A DNA stretch of 64,000 nt from Hamiltosporidium tvaerminnensis FI-OER-3-3 (GCA_022605425.2 JAKIMF020000001.1:310001-374000), one strand, 5' to 3'; shown: positions 51,501 through 62,910, numbered from the stretch's first letter. The notes: a model not told the origin generated them from the sequence alone. Translations and numbers: made by a program.

Positions 51501-52324
51501 ACCTGCGCAGCTTGCATGATATACGCGGCTTCCGTAATTGACTCAGGTACATGAGCTCCTGCATATTCACCGACTACTCGATTAATGAGATCCAGAACTT
51601 TACTATCAACCAATTCATTTGGATGTTTTCTAGTTCGGACCACCACTTTTCCAATTTCCTTCATTGAGATTTCTTTGATTTTACTCAAGAATTTATCTCT
51701 CAGGTTTATGTACTCCGTGGTGTCGGTCAAGGTGCATGTATCAGCGAGACAAGTGGCGATTCTACGTCGCTCTCCATTCTCTTCTGATTTTACATCCTTT
51801 CCCATCTCACTTTGTGCCAATTTTTTTAACACTTCGAGAGTTTCAGTGCAGCCGAATTTCTCATTATAGTACCTGTGAAGCTCTGTCCAGCCATTTCTTG
51901 GCATTCTTTCAAACCTTGTCTGTACTGCAAAAAAAACAATTCGAGGCCATTCCTTCGGGTCGGCTGTTACGGAATCGAATATCGTCCGCAATGTCATTAG
52001 CCTGTTACCTTCCGGAATAGCTAGAGTACAGGGGCTTGTCATGTCGTACGATGGCTCGCACGCAGAGACTTCAACCGAAGAGGGAACTGGTGCATTAGGC
52101 GAAGGTAAGGTGTCAAGCCCACTATTTTGCATTTTACTGCATGTTTGGCTTGGTGGTGGAGGTGTTATTGTTGTGTAGGAGGAGGAAGGTAGGGGAATCG
52201 CCGGTGGGTGTAGCTTACATTTTTGTATCTCACTATCACTCTTTTTCACCTCATCAGCGTCGTTTGCAGCCTTTATTTTGGTATTTTTCGATATTTCGCT
52301 GCTAACATTTTTCTTTCTACCCAT
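48521..52324 (-). mobile_element. Intact non-LTR retrotransposon, RLE type (R4/Dong-like), with 15-bp target-site duplication
   Basis: AAGATTATTTAAAAA at 48506-48520 and 52325-52339. GC is higher than the flanks; single uninterrupted ORF. Confidence 0.95.
48563..52324 (-). CDS. Reverse transcriptase / CCHC knuckle / PD-(D/E)xK restriction-like endonuclease protein (1253 aa from MGRKK)
   Basis: WKAAGIDG, YRPIT, DVKKAYDS, GILQGDSLSP, FIDD, YKYLG; CQHC..DHLATRC; RHN; RPDI..IEV; EKLRKY. Confidence 0.97.
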   Translation of the reverse strand: MGRKKNVSSEISKNTKIKAANDADEVKKSDSEIQKCKLHPPAIPLPSSSYTTITPPPPSQTCSKMQNSGLDTLPSPNAPVPSSVEVSACEPSYDMTSPCTLAIPEGNRLMTLRTIFDSVTADPKEWPRIVFFAVQTRFERMPRNGWTELHRYYNEKFGCTETLEVLKKLAQSEMGKDVKSEENGERRRIATCLADTCTLTDTTEYINLRDKFLSKIKEISMKEIGKVVVRTRKHPNELVDSKVLDLINRVVGEYAGAHVPESITEAAYIMQAAQVCYDEATRKEKPRSAWKENIESKISKLVLSKDLLEKARKQEKLSTSETKSLKKIMREFNLNLSSVTDLSEALVKKNESLNVYEKKITMHESRKQFRKENRMFELFRGRFYRGLSERVESEHVVSRDEIVSFWSTMWNKNDDTVTYDDYLIPFVSDNHPTTFPSLDEFVNIINWLPNWKAAGIDGIYNFFIKKLTTLHKYLYDIVKVICLEGTPQADWFYCGLTYLIPKGSPQRGSDYRPITCMSNLYKLTTKCVTKVVQLEVERRGLLAENQLGAVRGVQGAKEQALLNIALNKEYGNNLKATWIDVKKAYDSIDHAYLTQCIENLNLPDWILKFIKVIISKWKIDISVGPEKIMSKKIDRGILQGDSLSPLLFVLCMDPLSRKLNEKYTKVTVQTDAESHSTNHLLFIDDLKLLAKDSSTLSAMTGEAKEFLEVIGLEINKEKSATNDTCCEDTATLLEGVSVYKYLGIIEDSRGIPTRSSFEEVQSKLISRVERLCHTRLNAKNLFSAINQHAISLINYHIGVLRLEPADFSKLDDAVRAVLVKNKIHLRPGCKERLYLPRTELGRGLHSVELRSEHMLLQLLDCLEKSKEISTRRAAILKVENNNKTHLALIKGFLKVKYRLVEEVTKKSLEEAQLAKLYNEIEKRKLHSKLYNARKNELVSVSDSSRWLKRGNIRPRNEAVFCYIQDRNVFWGADGVCQHCGKSGKTVDHLATRCEKMLGHDYTRRHNEVVRCLHLLLLNRYKFKSSKRIRSHSVQEILDNEYAEIRVDTRIKTDVKIRNNRPDIFILDKKKNKITLIEVGITSQDSLQIVETEKLRKYDLLANELGLIYRCSVEIIPYVMTWDGIVTKYHKAHLKRLEIPMYVEAYIQSIVLKKTVETISFDRRRGLESGLNAEESWERASMGVIMRSEMHEEPIPPLKEAKTEEDGAKNFKPKYKAPFILQGGTTLEEPTNNINEESDLEEETKVVKEVEENM

Positions 52325-52369
52325 AAGATTATTTAAAAAAATCATAATTTTTTTATATTATCCCTTATT

Positions 52370-53104
52370 TTGAGAAAAGTAATAATTTATTTGAAATACA
52401 TTCTTATAACGTATTTATTATTTGCAGTAATTCACTACATATTAGTAAATCAAACTAACCTAATATTTCAAACCAGAAATATGGCATTTAATATATCTGA
52501 TTTCTTAGAAATACTTGAGAACAGTAACAACTTACAAAAAATATATAAAAAAATTTTTGTTTATAAAAAATATTTTATTACATTGTTTAGTCGAATAAAT
52601 TACAGTAACGAATACTTATATGAATTGGTTTTTGTGAATTATTTGACTGAAATACTCACAATTTTTTATGTTATAATATCTTTACTTTCCAAAAATAGAA
52701 TTTCAAACATTGAAAGTATATTTGATTTAGATCTTAAACAGCTAATACTTTGTACATTTAAAAACGAAAACTTTTTTATATTTTTGAATAATATATATGC
52801 AATTTATAAAATCAGAATTGTAAAATTCGATTTTTTAAGTTGTTATAAAATATTTTTGTTTGGAATTTTACTTAATAATATTTTAATACTCTTATTGAAA
52901 AATATTACAGGGAGACTTAATCATTACGGCAGCGTTTCTTTTATTGTTTTTGCAAAATGTTTTGATCTGGAATGGAATACTTTCGTTGATTTGGTCGGTT
53001 ATTTAGCCATTGATTTTATTTATAGAAGTGTGTGTTTTCCATTTGAAGAATGTTTCTCTGCTGTGTGTCTATACAAACTGTATAAGTGGTTCTTTTATAA
53101 TTAA
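52370..53104 (+). CDS. Hypothetical multi-pass membrane protein; start codon uncertain
   Basis: 244-codon ORF with several hydrophobic helices. CCC motif lies immediately before a TTG; first ATG is at 52484-region codon 39. Confidence 0.6.
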   Translation: MRKVIIYLKYILITYLLFAVIHYILVNQTNLIFQTRNMAFNISDFLEILENSNNLQKIYKKIFVYKKYFITLFSRINYSNEYLYELVFVNYLTEILTIFYVIISLLSKNRISNIESIFDLDLKQLILCTFKNENFFIFLNNIYAIYKIRIVKFDFLSCYKIFLFGILLNNILILLLKNITGRLNHYGSVSFIVFAKCFDLEWNTFVDLVGYLAIDFIYRSVCFPFEECFSAVCLYKLYKWFFYN

Positions 53105-56100
53105 ATATCATTTAATATTTGGAATCAAAGTTTAAAAATTAATTTCGAGATCTAATTTTGTACTTGTTCAAAATTTAAAACATACTTTCTGAAATTAAAT
53201 ATTCAATAGTACATCTAATATTTGACTTTTTTATATAATATTTTATCTAGATACAAAGCTTTGGGTCAAATCTACAACAAATATTAAAACCGAGTAACCA
53301 AAAACACTATTCCTGTATTAAATGTTTTAAAGATACTTTAACTTCTACCTTGGAGAAAGAATCCAGAATGGAATCTTTTAAATCTTTTTCTACAGGATTG
53401 ATTTCCGATAGTGATGTAAGTCAGAAAACAAACCAAATTTTTATTCAAAAATAGAATCAACAGAAAAAATGGTTAATAGCCCATTTCTTCTTTATATTTG
53501 TCACAATTATACAACATTTTTAACAGTGAATATTTATTGATGAATTTAAGTTTAGATTTTTTACTGGTTAGCAAAAAAAATATATAGCACATAGAATATG
53601 AATATAATTTTAATTTAATAAAATTTTAAGTTTAAATGTTTTTGCACTCTTTAATATATTTTTTTTACCGGATTAAAACACTTTAGCTTTTTCTTCCAAT
53701 TCAGATTCATCATTTCGATTTTTCGTGGTTCATTTTATGTTGTCATGAAATCTAAGATAAGATCAATGTTTTTAGTTTTTGCATATTTGACATCATCTTC
53801 TTCAGTGCTTTCTTTTTTTAATTAGAAAATATGTTACAACTGTGTTTAGGGTTTTTATAAACTTACATTCATACTGACTTCGAATATTTTCGGTATTTTT
53901 TGTGGACAAAGTTTTTTTAATAGATCAAATGAAATGCTTCAGGTGTTTTCTTTATACCATTGAAAGCATAAGTTTCTCTAAATTCATAAGTATGTACAGT
54001 ATTTTATGGTAATTGTCATAATATTGTCTCTGGGTATTACTTAAGAAATCACCTCAATACTAAATTTTTAGACAAGAAACGATTCATTGGCATATAAGCA
54101 ATACTTCTTTGGGTTTTCGGCTGAAATCATTTGAAGTTAATATCTAGAATTATTTCTGTACAATAAGTTTGATTTTATTTTTCTCTTTCCAGAACAAATG
54201 TGTCGGATTTATAATTTTAAATTTTGAGATATGTGTTTAGCTTGGCAAAACACTCAAATCTCTGCATTTCTTTTAAAAAAAACGTTCATGGAATTGAGTG
54301 ACTCTTAATTCATTGTTTCAATTTGAAAATATATGTTCAGAAGAAATAAATAAAATGCATTTTTCATTCTCGTTCTCATTTGTGCGGTGAAATGATAAAA
54401 TGATTTATAATTGAATAAATATTTCATATGATATCTTTCTAAAAATATAAAAAAGAATATTTTGATATTAATGTATGATATATTAATAAGTCACAATAGA
54501 AAACCTCCAAAATATAAGTTAAAGAAATTAATATATCAGAAATTTGTATAATACGTGATGTGTTGGAAGTTAAATCTAATATACGCTATTTTGAGTATAT
54601 TAGAGATAAAGAACGAATTAAAAAATCTCAAAAGGGTATATTTTCACAAAGAAAACTATTCTTTTGGTTGTAAGACGATTTGAAATAATTTATTTGTCGA
54701 TTTAAGCAAAATTTGAATGCTTACCAGACAAAATGAGTTCTTAAACATCATAAAAGTTTTAGTTTTGTCAGAATATCTAGGTTTAATGATTAAGAAGGTA
54801 TGTCGAATTTGGCAAATAGCCTTTGCTGTTTGCTAATTATAAATTTATATTAACGCTATTTTAAAAATATTATTATATTTTTGAAAATTAAAAATTTTGT
54901 TTCCTCTAAAAGCATACTAATCTTCTAGTAGTCGGCATAACACAAATATATTGCAAAGATTCGGGGTTTGAATACCGATTTTTACACTGTTACCTTTAAA
55001 TTACAAATATTTACGCCAAAAAAACAATCTATTTGTCACAAGAGACATTAGTAAATACCTATATCACATAACAAACCAATACTATATTTGTATACTGTTT
55101 TAATTCCTGAGAAAAATTAATCAATAAAGAAAAACTACAATAAACTTAGAACTTTATAAAGAAAATTACAAATTTTTATAGCATTACAAGTGCCTCTTAA
55201 AATGATGAATATTTTTTGGTCTCACGGAAACTGAAATAAATAATTATCATCAACATATTTTATTCATCCCAGAGCTAAATAAAACAGAAAAGAAATGATT
55301 ATCGAGGTATCGAAACGATTTTAGAGTTTGTTGGTGGTTACAAACATTTTGAATAAATTGAATGTCTCAAAGTAAAACCGAGAAAAATTAATCTAAAGCT
55401 ATTAAAAGGACACTTAAATTAAAGATTTAAACGTTTAATGATACATAGTTGAATGTATCAAATTTATTTTACCAATCAAATTTTAGGTAAATATTATTCA
55501 TTTTTCTTATAGAGTATTTGTAGCCAAACATTTAATTGATCTAGATATATGATAAATTATTTTGTGTTCTAGTTATGAACACTATACAAATAGGACTCGA
55601 GGTTCCGATAAATCGTTTCTGTCAAAATAAAACCTTAAGAAATCTTTCAGAATGTTTAATTTGAATATATATGTGATTTTGCAATTCCGTGGTTCTCTGT
55701 AAAAAAAATAAATAAATTCTAAGAAATGAAACGATTTGGAGCAATCTTGCAACAATAATAAACTATTTCTGTGTAAAATTAAAAATAGAAAGAGAGATAA
55801 AGAGATGAAGATTAAAAAATTCTAATAAAAATATCTAGCGGAGTAGAAAATCGAAAATAAATCAAGCTTTATATCCTAGAAGTAAATGATAATAGGTGTT
55901 AATAACACTTACAAAAAGCTGATTAAGAAACCTTGATGTTAAATATACTAGAATTTTGTTATTATTTAAATAGAATGCCTTTTTGAGAACGAAAAAACTT
56001 AAAAACGGCAGAAATTTTGCGTCGCGATCTTAACTACGTAAAGTAGATCCAAATTAAGAAATAAAATTTGTTTTTCTGCGCATCTAATGCTTATAAATAC

Positions 56101-56339
56101 AAATGATCAAAGAATTTAAACGTCCTATGAGCTATTCAGTTCAAAAGTTCGCCAAAAAAAGCGAAACTAAAAATAAATTTAGATAAAAGATATCAAATAT
56201 CAAGTTAAAAATTTACTTATGGTTCTGTATTGAATAGAAATTATAGAGAAAGATCTATTTCAGAAATATTTTTTTTGCTTCAAACTGGACATGCGATAGA
56301 ATAAATTTAACTTTATTTTTGTTATAAGTAAAGTATTTC

Positions 56340-56760
56340 TTGTATATTAGAACAGAGTTTGACATCATTACAGAGTATTTGTTCATTATTTGTTTCTAGA
56401 CATCATAATATGTATACAATATTAAGTTTTGCATCCGAATCAAAAATAGGACACGTGAACAGCCAATATTAGTTTAAGAGATAGTCAATTTTTGCTTTGA
56501 TAGAAGAATAAAAGGAGTATAAAGATAGAATTCAGATAGATTACAAAAGTTCGTACTTATTCTTTGTAATCGAGAGGAAACATAGATCAAAGCCATATCT
56601 TATTATACTGACGTACCTGAGAAGATATATATGTTTCGTTAAGTAAAAAAAGATTCAAAAACCATTTGAACTCTTTTTGTGTGCAAAATTCGAAAATAAA
56701 GCGTCGAATGTAATAACGAAGAAAATGTTGGAACGTAATAATTCTAGGAATAAATAAATC
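56340..56760 (+). pseudogene. Possible decayed LTR-retrotransposon integrase C-terminal part
   Basis: GCATCCGAATCAAAAATAGGACACGTGAACAGCCAAT loosely resembles the HPxxxGxVExxN motif. No ORF. Confidence 0.25.
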
Positions 56761-57759
56761 GGAATGGAATCGGTAATCATCATAAAAAACTTATGAATAA
56801 AATATAATTTAATTTTTATATTTTTGATTTCTACAAATCTAATTTAATATTTATTTTTCCAAAAAGGTAAAATAAATTTTTAAACCACAATACAATCAGT
56901 TTTTTTACAATATTTTTCTTTTATAATATTGTAAAAAGGAAATGGCTAGTTATAGACCCAAGATGCATGTAAAAGCATTTGGAACTAAAACTACGCATTT
57001 TTTTCCTACTATTTTGTTAGTACTGAATGACCGTCAATTATTATCAAATAAATTATTTACATTTGTCATAGTACTAAAATCATTATTCGTAGGTTTTCCA
57101 GAAGTAAGTTGTGTGAAAATATTCAATTTATATGTAATAATTTGAAAATTCGATTTTATTTGTATATTGACTTAGTTAAGAGCTATGGTTTTTTTTATAC
57201 CAAATCATTCTTTATTTAAAACAACATATTTGAAAGATTTTCTTAATTATAGTAACTTAAAATTGCAATGAATATGTGTGTGTTTGAGTTGTTTTAAACA
57301 AAATATAAATATAGCTTTAATAAAAGCTATTTAAAAAATTCTTTCAAGGATTTGGAAATAATTATACGGAGTTTAAATTAACAGTTCAACCCATTTTTTT
57401 GAAATTAAAAAATAGATCAGATAAATTCATTTTTTTTTTATATTATAAGATAAACCAAAATACCTGTCTTTTATTTATTATTAAATAAATAATATTACTC
57501 TTGGGCGCATATATCTGTTACCGTACTTTTATTTTGAATTTATCATATAAGGAATATTTTGTATATCATTTACAAAAATTACATTAAGACAATAAAATTT
57601 ATGATAAAAAATACAAAAAAATTAACGCAATTTAAAAACAACGGGAATAATATTATTTGATTAAATAGATTCTTTGTTCTGTCTTCAGATATAAATTTTG
57701 TATTCCTAGAGCTCTTCAATAAAGAATTTAAAAGTGTCGAATTAATTCTCTTTTAAATA

Positions 57760-58330
57760 ATCCAGCTTCTTCTATATAAAGCAATTTATTTTGTTTCTTT
57801 GTGCCTATAGTTTACATTGAAGAATTGTAGAATATATACATTTTTTTATGGATTAAACTATATACAATTTTACGAAGCTCCGCATTTTCAATATTCTCAA
57901 AACCTAAGCCTTTTGGTTCTTCATATAAATTCTTGTAGACCAAAAAGAGTGATATACGGCTCTATACTATTATCTCTTGAATAATGTATATTCTGTATTA
58001 ATTTTGAATTAAATTATATAACTGATTCCTTTTCTAGTATTTTAAATACTTCTTCATTCATATTATTGAAATTGACTACAATGAAATAACCATATACCGC
58101 GAAAAATCAATGCCTGCATAGGTAACATATTTACTGGTCATCTTCATAATGTTTATATTAAAATATACATTATTTTTGAATTCTCATCTGTTTCTTTTCG
58201 ACAAGATAATTCTTTTGCGATTGTTCTTACGACTATTTACTAATTAAGGCAACCTGTCCAGGATTTCCAGGATGTTTCAGACTTTTATTTACAAACTTGA
58301 TATAATGCAAACATAGAAATTCTGTAATAT
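57760..58330 (-). pseudogene. Decayed rve integrase core (Gypsy-like)
   Basis: Minus strand ~58135-58090 reads KYVTYAGIDFSRY (cf. KYIL..ID.FSRY). An SRDNSIE stretch (cf. SDNGxE) follows downstream. Confidence 0.4.
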
Positions 58331-59050
58331 AAGAAAATAAAATTCGTGATATTTATCGCTTTTTAAAATCTAGGAGCATTTTTATGGTTGAATAATTGCT
58401 TTAGAGTGGATATAATGTTTTCACTGTTTCAATTTTCAATACAAATAAAAAAAGAAACTTTAAAACAAATTGAAAAATTTAGAAACTATTCATATCTGTC
58501 ATTTTCATTTCCATATTTCTTTGATCAAATCAATCCAATTGTACTATAGTTTAGGAATATCTTAAAATATGTGAATTATTCACAAAACGACTTAATAATT
58601 CATATTTTTTGCAAGTGAAAAAATTTAAAATATATTTTTTCTTTTTCTTTTAAATTCGATAATGCGAGTTTACAAGGTGTTCATACATGCCTTCATTCCT
58701 TTTTGATTGCGTGGGAAGTGCATCAAAAAGTGCATGTTTCTTTCAAAATTTTAAATCGGTAACAGCCTCTGAAATTTTTTTTTCTTTATTTTTAAGAAAT
58801 TTGTTCTTTTATTAACTTTAAGTTTTTAATTTAGTTAAAATTTACATTTTTACTGAAATGATAACCAAGATGTGCATTATTTCATTCTGATAATTATATT
58901 TATAACTTTCAATAGTACATTATCGCCTCAATCCTTCTCACAAAACCAAATAAATAAGAAAAATAATGAAGTTAAACGCAAAGTTCTGTAGAAAATAAAA
59001 AAAACTTATGAATTTTGTATATAAAAAATATTTTTTCTTTAAAAAAAAGA

Positions 59051-59319
59051 TGTATAAGTGGAGAAAGAATAATCTCATTAAAAACTATCTGCTTGGAAAT
59101 GTGTGTATAAAATTTGTGTGAAAATCATTGCTTCCATTGAGGTGGGATATAAAACACGCCTGATCTATAGGCCAATTCCCTGTAATCCCGAGTTACAATA
59201 GACAAAAAAAACAAATGGAAAACTTTCATTTGTTCATATTCGACGCCAAGAGGTAAAAACAGAATGGAATAATTGAGTAAGTAAGTCTAAAAATTTTCAA
59301 AATTGCTTCTTTTCGAACA
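59051..59319 (+). repeat. Dispersed repeat family A, copy 6
   Basis: Complete core; begins TGTA, possible end GAACA. Confidence 0.8.
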
Positions 59320-59559
59320 AACAACACTCGAATTTCTACGTAGAATAAAAATTTTTCCTTCTTATTTCTTATAAATTTATAAATAATACAATTAATAAAA
59401 CCGATAATGAAGTTTTGGATGCCAATATTTATACTTAACAAGTATCTAAACATTCAAATCCAAAAAAAGATTAAATATCACACAGTTCAAGAACTTTCTG
59501 AAAATAATGATCAGAAATAAAACTAGAACTGAGGTATAAAGCTTATTACAATATTTTCA

Positions 59560-59950
59560 AAATAGACAAGATATATTCATGATGTAAAAGAAATTAAATA
59601 TGATTACACTTATCTAGGGTGTAAACACGAACAAGATTCGCTTCAAAGAATGTAGACCAACAAACTTTAGACATACAAATTACTTCTGTGTGTTAAATTC
59701 CGTTTATAAAATTATTAGAAAAAAATTTGTTATTTCTTAGTTTCGGATTATACATGACAAAATACCATAAGATATATCATGAAAATTCTAAATACTCATA
59801 GAATTAGAAACACGCATGTAATCAACAATACACAAAAAGGCAGTCGAAACAATTTCTTTTCAATAACCAAGAGAATTCGAGTCAGGACCAAATGGCAAAG
59901 AGATTTGAAAGAAAGTACCATAAGTATTTTACAAGGAAGAGAGATCCCAA
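59560..59950 (+). mobile_element. Old remnant of the R4-like element (endonuclease to 3' region)
   Basis: CAAGATTCGCTTCAA (QDSLQ), CAGTCGAAACAATTTC (VETIS), GAGTCAGGACCAAATG. Confidence 0.65.
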
Positions 59951-60071
59951 GGAAACAATACGCTTTTAAAGTCTACTCCATTGAGTATTGTGACTTTAAA
60001 CAAGTAAAAACAAAAAAAAATCCAATCCTTATTTTGAATTAAGATGCCAATATCAGAGATTCGAACAAAAT

Positions 60072-60250
60072 AAACTTACCTAATTATTCCTTTTAATCTG
60101 TTATTACTCGGTATTATAGAGAATTGAACTATAGATCCGGTGTAGTTTATATCCTACCAAAATGGCAACAATAAATTTCACAACAACTTCAAATAATCAT
60201 TACCAAGCAGATGGTTTTTAATGTGCTTATCTTACCTCTTTTTATAAACA
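60072..60250 (-). repeat. Dispersed repeat family A, copy 7 (internal deletion)
   Basis: CATTACCAAGCAGATGGTTTTTAATGTGCTTATC and ACTTACCTAATTATTCC; minus strand starts TGTTT. Confidence 0.75.
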
Positions 60251-60332
60251 AAAAACAAGAATAAAATTTAGAAGAAGAAAATTAAATATTTAAAATGATG
60301 GAAGGTTATTCAAAAAATAAAAAAAAAATTTA

Positions 60333-62127
60333 AGTTTAAAAATCGTATATAAAATTATGAGTTAAAATATTTTTACCATTTTTTATATTTTCTTCACCTC
60401 TTTTAACTTTAAAAATCGTTTATAATATTGTGAGTTAAAATATTTTTACGATTTTTATATGTTTTCTTCCACTTCTTCAACCATTTTCTCTCTTCTTCGA
60501 TATCCGACTCTTTATTTATGTTATTGGTCGGTTCCTCTAAAGTGGTTCTTCCTTGTGGAATAAAGGGTGCTTTATTTTTTGGTTTAAAATTTTTTGCACC
60601 ATCTTCCTCTCTCTTCTCTTCTTTTAAATAAGGTTTTAATTCCTCATGCATCTTTGCTCTCATAATAACACCCATTGACGCTCTCTCCCAGCTCTCTTCG
60701 GCATTTAGTCCTGACTCAAGTCCTCTTCGTCGATCAAAGGAAATTGTTTCGACTGTTTTCTTGAGTACTATAGACTGAATATATGCCTCAACATTCATGG
60801 GTATTTCTAGTCTTTTAAGATGAGATTTATGGTATTTTGTTACAATACCGTCCCAGGTCATCACATAAGGGATTATCTCTTAACTACATTTGTAAATAAG
60901 ACCAAGCTCATTGGCTAGAAAGTCAAACTTCCTAAGTTTTTCAGTTTCAACTATTTTAAGTCAATCTTGGGAAGTGATTCCTACTTCAATGAGTGTTATC
61001 TTATTCTTCTTCTTATCTAAAATAAATAGGTCGGGTCTGTTATTCCGAATTTTAACATCAGTTTTAATTCTGGTGTCCACTCTTATCTCTGCATACTCAT
61101 TATCAAGAATTTCTTGAACTGAGTGGCTCCTTATTCGTTTTGAAGACTTAAACTTATATCTATTTAGAAGAAGTAGGTGTAGGCATCTAACCAATTCATT
61201 ATGCCGTCTGGTGTAGTCATGACCTAGCATTTTTTCACATCGAGTTGCTAGATGATCTACAGTCTTACCAAATTTATTACAGTGTTGGCACATACCATCT
61301 GATCCCCATAATAAATTTCTATCCTGGATATAGCAAAACACAGCTTCGTTTCGTGGCCTATTATTTCCTCTTTTTAACCATCTTGAAGAGTCACTAAGAC
61401 TTACAAGCTCATTTTTCCTTGCATTATATAACTTTGAATGAAGTTTTCGTTTTACTATTTCGTTATATAGTTTTGCAAGTTAAGCTTCTTCTAAACTTTT
61501 CTTAGTGACTTCTTCTACCAACCTGTACTTTACTTTTAAAAAGCCTTTTATTAGTGCAAGATGGGTTTTATTATTATTTTCCACCCTTGAGATTGCTGCT
61601 CGTCTGATTGATATTTCTTTACTTTTTTCCAGACAATCCGAGAGTTGCAGAAGCATATGTTCGCTTCGCAACTCAACACTATGTAGGCCTCTTCCAAGTT
61701 CTGTTCTAGTAAGATACAAACGCTCTTTACAAGACGATGTATCTTATTGTTTACCAACACCGAACGAACTGCATCATCTATCTTAGAGAAGTCAGCCGGT
61801 TCAAGTCGAAGTACTCCTATGTGATAGTTGATTAACGATATCGCATGTTGATTGATTGATTGCAGAAAATAAATTTTTTGCATTTAATCTTGTGTGAGAA
61901 AGTCTTTCAATTCTTGATAAAAGTTCGCTTTGTAATTCTTCAAATGAGCTACGTGTTGGAATTCTTCTGCTATCTTCTATAATTCCTAAATATTTAAAAA
62001 CACTAACACTTTCTAGAAGGTAGCAGTATCTTCACTATACTTATCATTTGGGGCTGACTTCTCTTTGTTAATCTCTAAGCCAATCACCTCTAAAAATTAC
62101 TTTGCCTCGTCTGTCATAGCACTCAAG
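60333..62127 (-). mobile_element. 5'-truncated, disabled copy of the R4-like retrotransposon with duplicated 3' terminus
   Basis: Collinear with ~48530-50238 (about 90% identical by eye). In-frame stops and frameshifts; breaks just after the FIDD motif region. Confidence 0.95.
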
Positions 62128-62136
62128 GTAGAAGGA

Positions 62137-62375
62137 AAAAATATAAACAACTCAAATTATAAGAATTTAAAAGTTTAGGAAACTTAAGAACAACGATTAG
62201 TCTATGAAATAATTGATTAAAAAATGTAAACAACTCAAATAATATGAAAATAAAAGTTTAAGAAACTTAAGAATAACGATTAGTCTATGAAATAATTGAT
62301 TAAAAAATATAAAAAATTCAAATTTTAAGAAAATAAAAGTTTAGGAAATTTAAGAATAATAATCAGTCTATGAAT
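62137..62375. repeat. ~83-bp tandem repeat x3 at the truncation point
   Basis: AAAAAAT.TAAACAACTCAAAT...AAAAGTTTAGGAAACTTAAGAA.AACGATTAGTCTATGAA units. Confidence 0.85.
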
Positions 62376-62774
62376 AGAATTAATTGGTTTTTAAAAAAAA
62401 ATTATAGATATAAATAAGAGAAATGAATTAGAAATATTTTAATTATTTCTTAATTTGGGTTGTTTATATCTATAATAGATTTTTTCGTTTCATGAATTCT
62501 AAATTCTAAATTTTAAATTTAGTGTTTTTTTATTGCTGTTTCTTAAAATTTGGAGATTATTATTTAATTGAATTTAGAATTTAGTCCAAGGTTTAATTAT
62601 TTCATTTTTATTTCTTGTATTTATTTGATTTGAATAGGCAAAGGTTTTACTTTTATATTTTCTTTAAATATTCATTCGAATCTTTTTTTGTAATTCTATT
62701 ATTTTTTTAAAAAATGTGTTATTTTAAATATTTATACGAAGCTAAAACCAAAGACTTTTGGATTTTTTTTAAAT

Positions 62775-62910
62775 TTAAAAGAGGTGGAAGAAAATATATA
62801 AAAAGGTAAAAAATTTTTAACCTTGAATCTTATAAACGATTTTTAAAGTTAAATGAGGTGGAAGAAAATATATAAAAATGGTAAAAATATTTTAACTCAT
62901 AATTTTATTA
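62775..62910 (+). repeat. Tandem dimer of the retrotransposon 3'-terminal ~73 bp, inverted relative to 60333-60476
   Basis: GAGGTGGAAGAAAATATATAAAAATGGTAAAAATATTTTAAC x2; matches the end of the ORF plus 3' UTR of the intact element. Confidence 0.85.

Noticed and set aside
52325-52345. MIFLNNL N-terminus of the 1260-aa ORF
   Set aside because: Encoded by the TSD and host flank, not by the element.
53660-54330. Possible decayed gene on the minus strand
   Set aside because: Many stops and no identifiable family.
54920-54985. tRNA-like T-arm (CGGGGTTTGAATACCG)
   Set aside because: No convincing cloverleaf or acceptor stem, and TTC is not conserved.
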